64,000 nt of DNA from Octopus vulgaris. Its lineage: Eukaryota. Where the stretch lies: assembly GCA_951406725.2 (NCBI GenBank), contig OX597819.1, positions 109,182,001-109,246,000 of the forward strand, written 5' to 3'. Shown piece after piece: positions 62,622 to 64,000 of this stretch. Below the pieces are notes generated by a model, which saw only the letters and a program-made list of their open reading frames with translations, was not told the DNA's origin and ran no database searches. The first letter of the stretch is position 1. Every line of letters starts with the position of its first letter. A program made the position numbers and the translations under genes.

Positions 62622-64000
62622 ACAACTCTTCTCATTTTTTTTCTTAGATTGGCAATAAGTGTGCGTATTCTGAAATGTAATGCTATATATATATTTATAT
62701 ATATATATATATATAACATTACACTTAAGAATATCAACATTTCTATATTACATATATTTTAATGCAGACCCTACTTCCATCTAAACTCGTTTTGACCTAG
62801 CTTAAAGAAATACACATCATAAATGTTCAGTTCCTGTTATGTGCAAATGTCATTTACCATATGAGAAAGATGAACAAAACAGATTCTGCGGTGCCATGGC
62901 AGACATTTCCTGCTGTTGGGAACCTCTCACATAGTTTCTATGTTCTTTTTTATTTAAGGTAATCTTCAAGTTTTTGACACAAAACCTAAACGACTGCGAG
63001 AATGATAAAGTATGATTTTCGTTATGGCGTTTAGGTTTGTTGTTTTAAATGAAGGACTACCCATTTAAAATTTATTTCCTTGTGTTGGTTAGTTCTCGAC
63101 CCAGATTCAATTTTCTCGGAGCTTTATATTCCTTTTGGTGTCGACGTTAAGTAAACACCTATGGGGAAAAGGCATGAATCACAAAAATTATTCATATCGC
63201 TTCACTCTTATCTATGAAAAAGCATTTGTTTCAATGTCTCTTGCCGAATGCCGCGTGTTCTCCCTTTCATACCTCCACCTGGGATAACATGAAATATACA
63301 TTTATTAGCTTTTTTTTCTTTTCTTTTTTTTTTTTTTTACACAAGTAGTCTTGATAGGGAAAAGGGAGGGACAAATGGCACCCCCCCTATCTCTCGATTG
63401 TATTTTTTCTTCCTAATTTATAACGTACTTCTAAAATGATTCAGACCTTAAGTTTTTGACATCAAATTTGAAACGCAATGAGCTCAATTAATGCTTCTTT
63501 AACTAAGGACAGTTATGGCTAAATGATATACAAATCTTTTTCTTGAAATTTTAAAACAAATTTCTCTAATTACATCTTGAAGAAAATTTGTAACTCTAGT
63601 GTATAACTCTTAGCTCCATGTGCTTGTTTCAGGTTTACCTTCAAAAACTAAAGGACTAATTATAAAAAAAAATAACCCATTGTCAACGAGGGGAAAATAT
63701 TTGAAAAGAAATATAGTTTATAAAGAAATCTCCATCTGAAGATCCTAAATAGTAATGTGAATATTATGATTTAGGTATTTCATTTTACATATTGCCTAAG
63801 GAAAAAAAGCTACAAACTCTGGAATTTTATCAAACTCTTGATGTTTATCAAAACAACAAAAAGAAAAAAAAAAGAATACTAAAACGTGGGAAAAATGTAA
63901 CTCCACCTGCCAAAATGTTCATCCAAAACAAGATTCATTTTTGAACAGTTCTTTAAATATACTCAACATTATTTATTTACAAACTAATCTTTTACTATTT

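Noticed and set aside
61740-62658. Alternative-frame and antisense ORFs over the hnRNP CDS
   Set aside because: Shadow ORFs expected from the GC- and Gly-rich coding sequence.

Overview
This is an AT-rich, microsatellite- and transposon-dense eukaryotic window. It is most likely octopus/coleoid cephalopod, inferred from the [10 protein letters not shown]-type C2H2 zinc-finger arrays, the (TA)n/(CA)n tracts and the SINE families. Host genes are a pseudogenised and an intact tandem C2H2 zinc-finger unit (1-2646), a complete 8-exon RAD1 (9-1-1 clamp; 8026-25748, 280 aa assembled by hand), a Tigger/pogo-derived CENP-B-type HTH gene lacking its DDE domain (32974-33786, minus), and an intronless hnRNP A/B-type gene (61746-62621). 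The rest is TE debris: Penelope-like RT, RTE, CR1/L2-like, Tx1/L1-like, mariner, Tc1, piggyBac, MITEs and SINEs, often nested. The most striking unexplained structure is a set of small non-coding inserts carrying type I hammerhead ribozyme folds. They are: a 358-nt terminally redundant, TSD-flanked, highly base-paired unit with a compensatory U3-A8 hammerhead core (27335-27744); a 535-nt unit bounded by two canonical hammerheads (53316-54088); a 76-bp perfect fold-back containing a minimal hammerhead (12955-13112); and a decayed 466-nt unit (15541-16150). Together they look like a retrozyme / Penelope-associated circular-RNA retroelement system. All calls were made by eye; no searches or folding programs were run.
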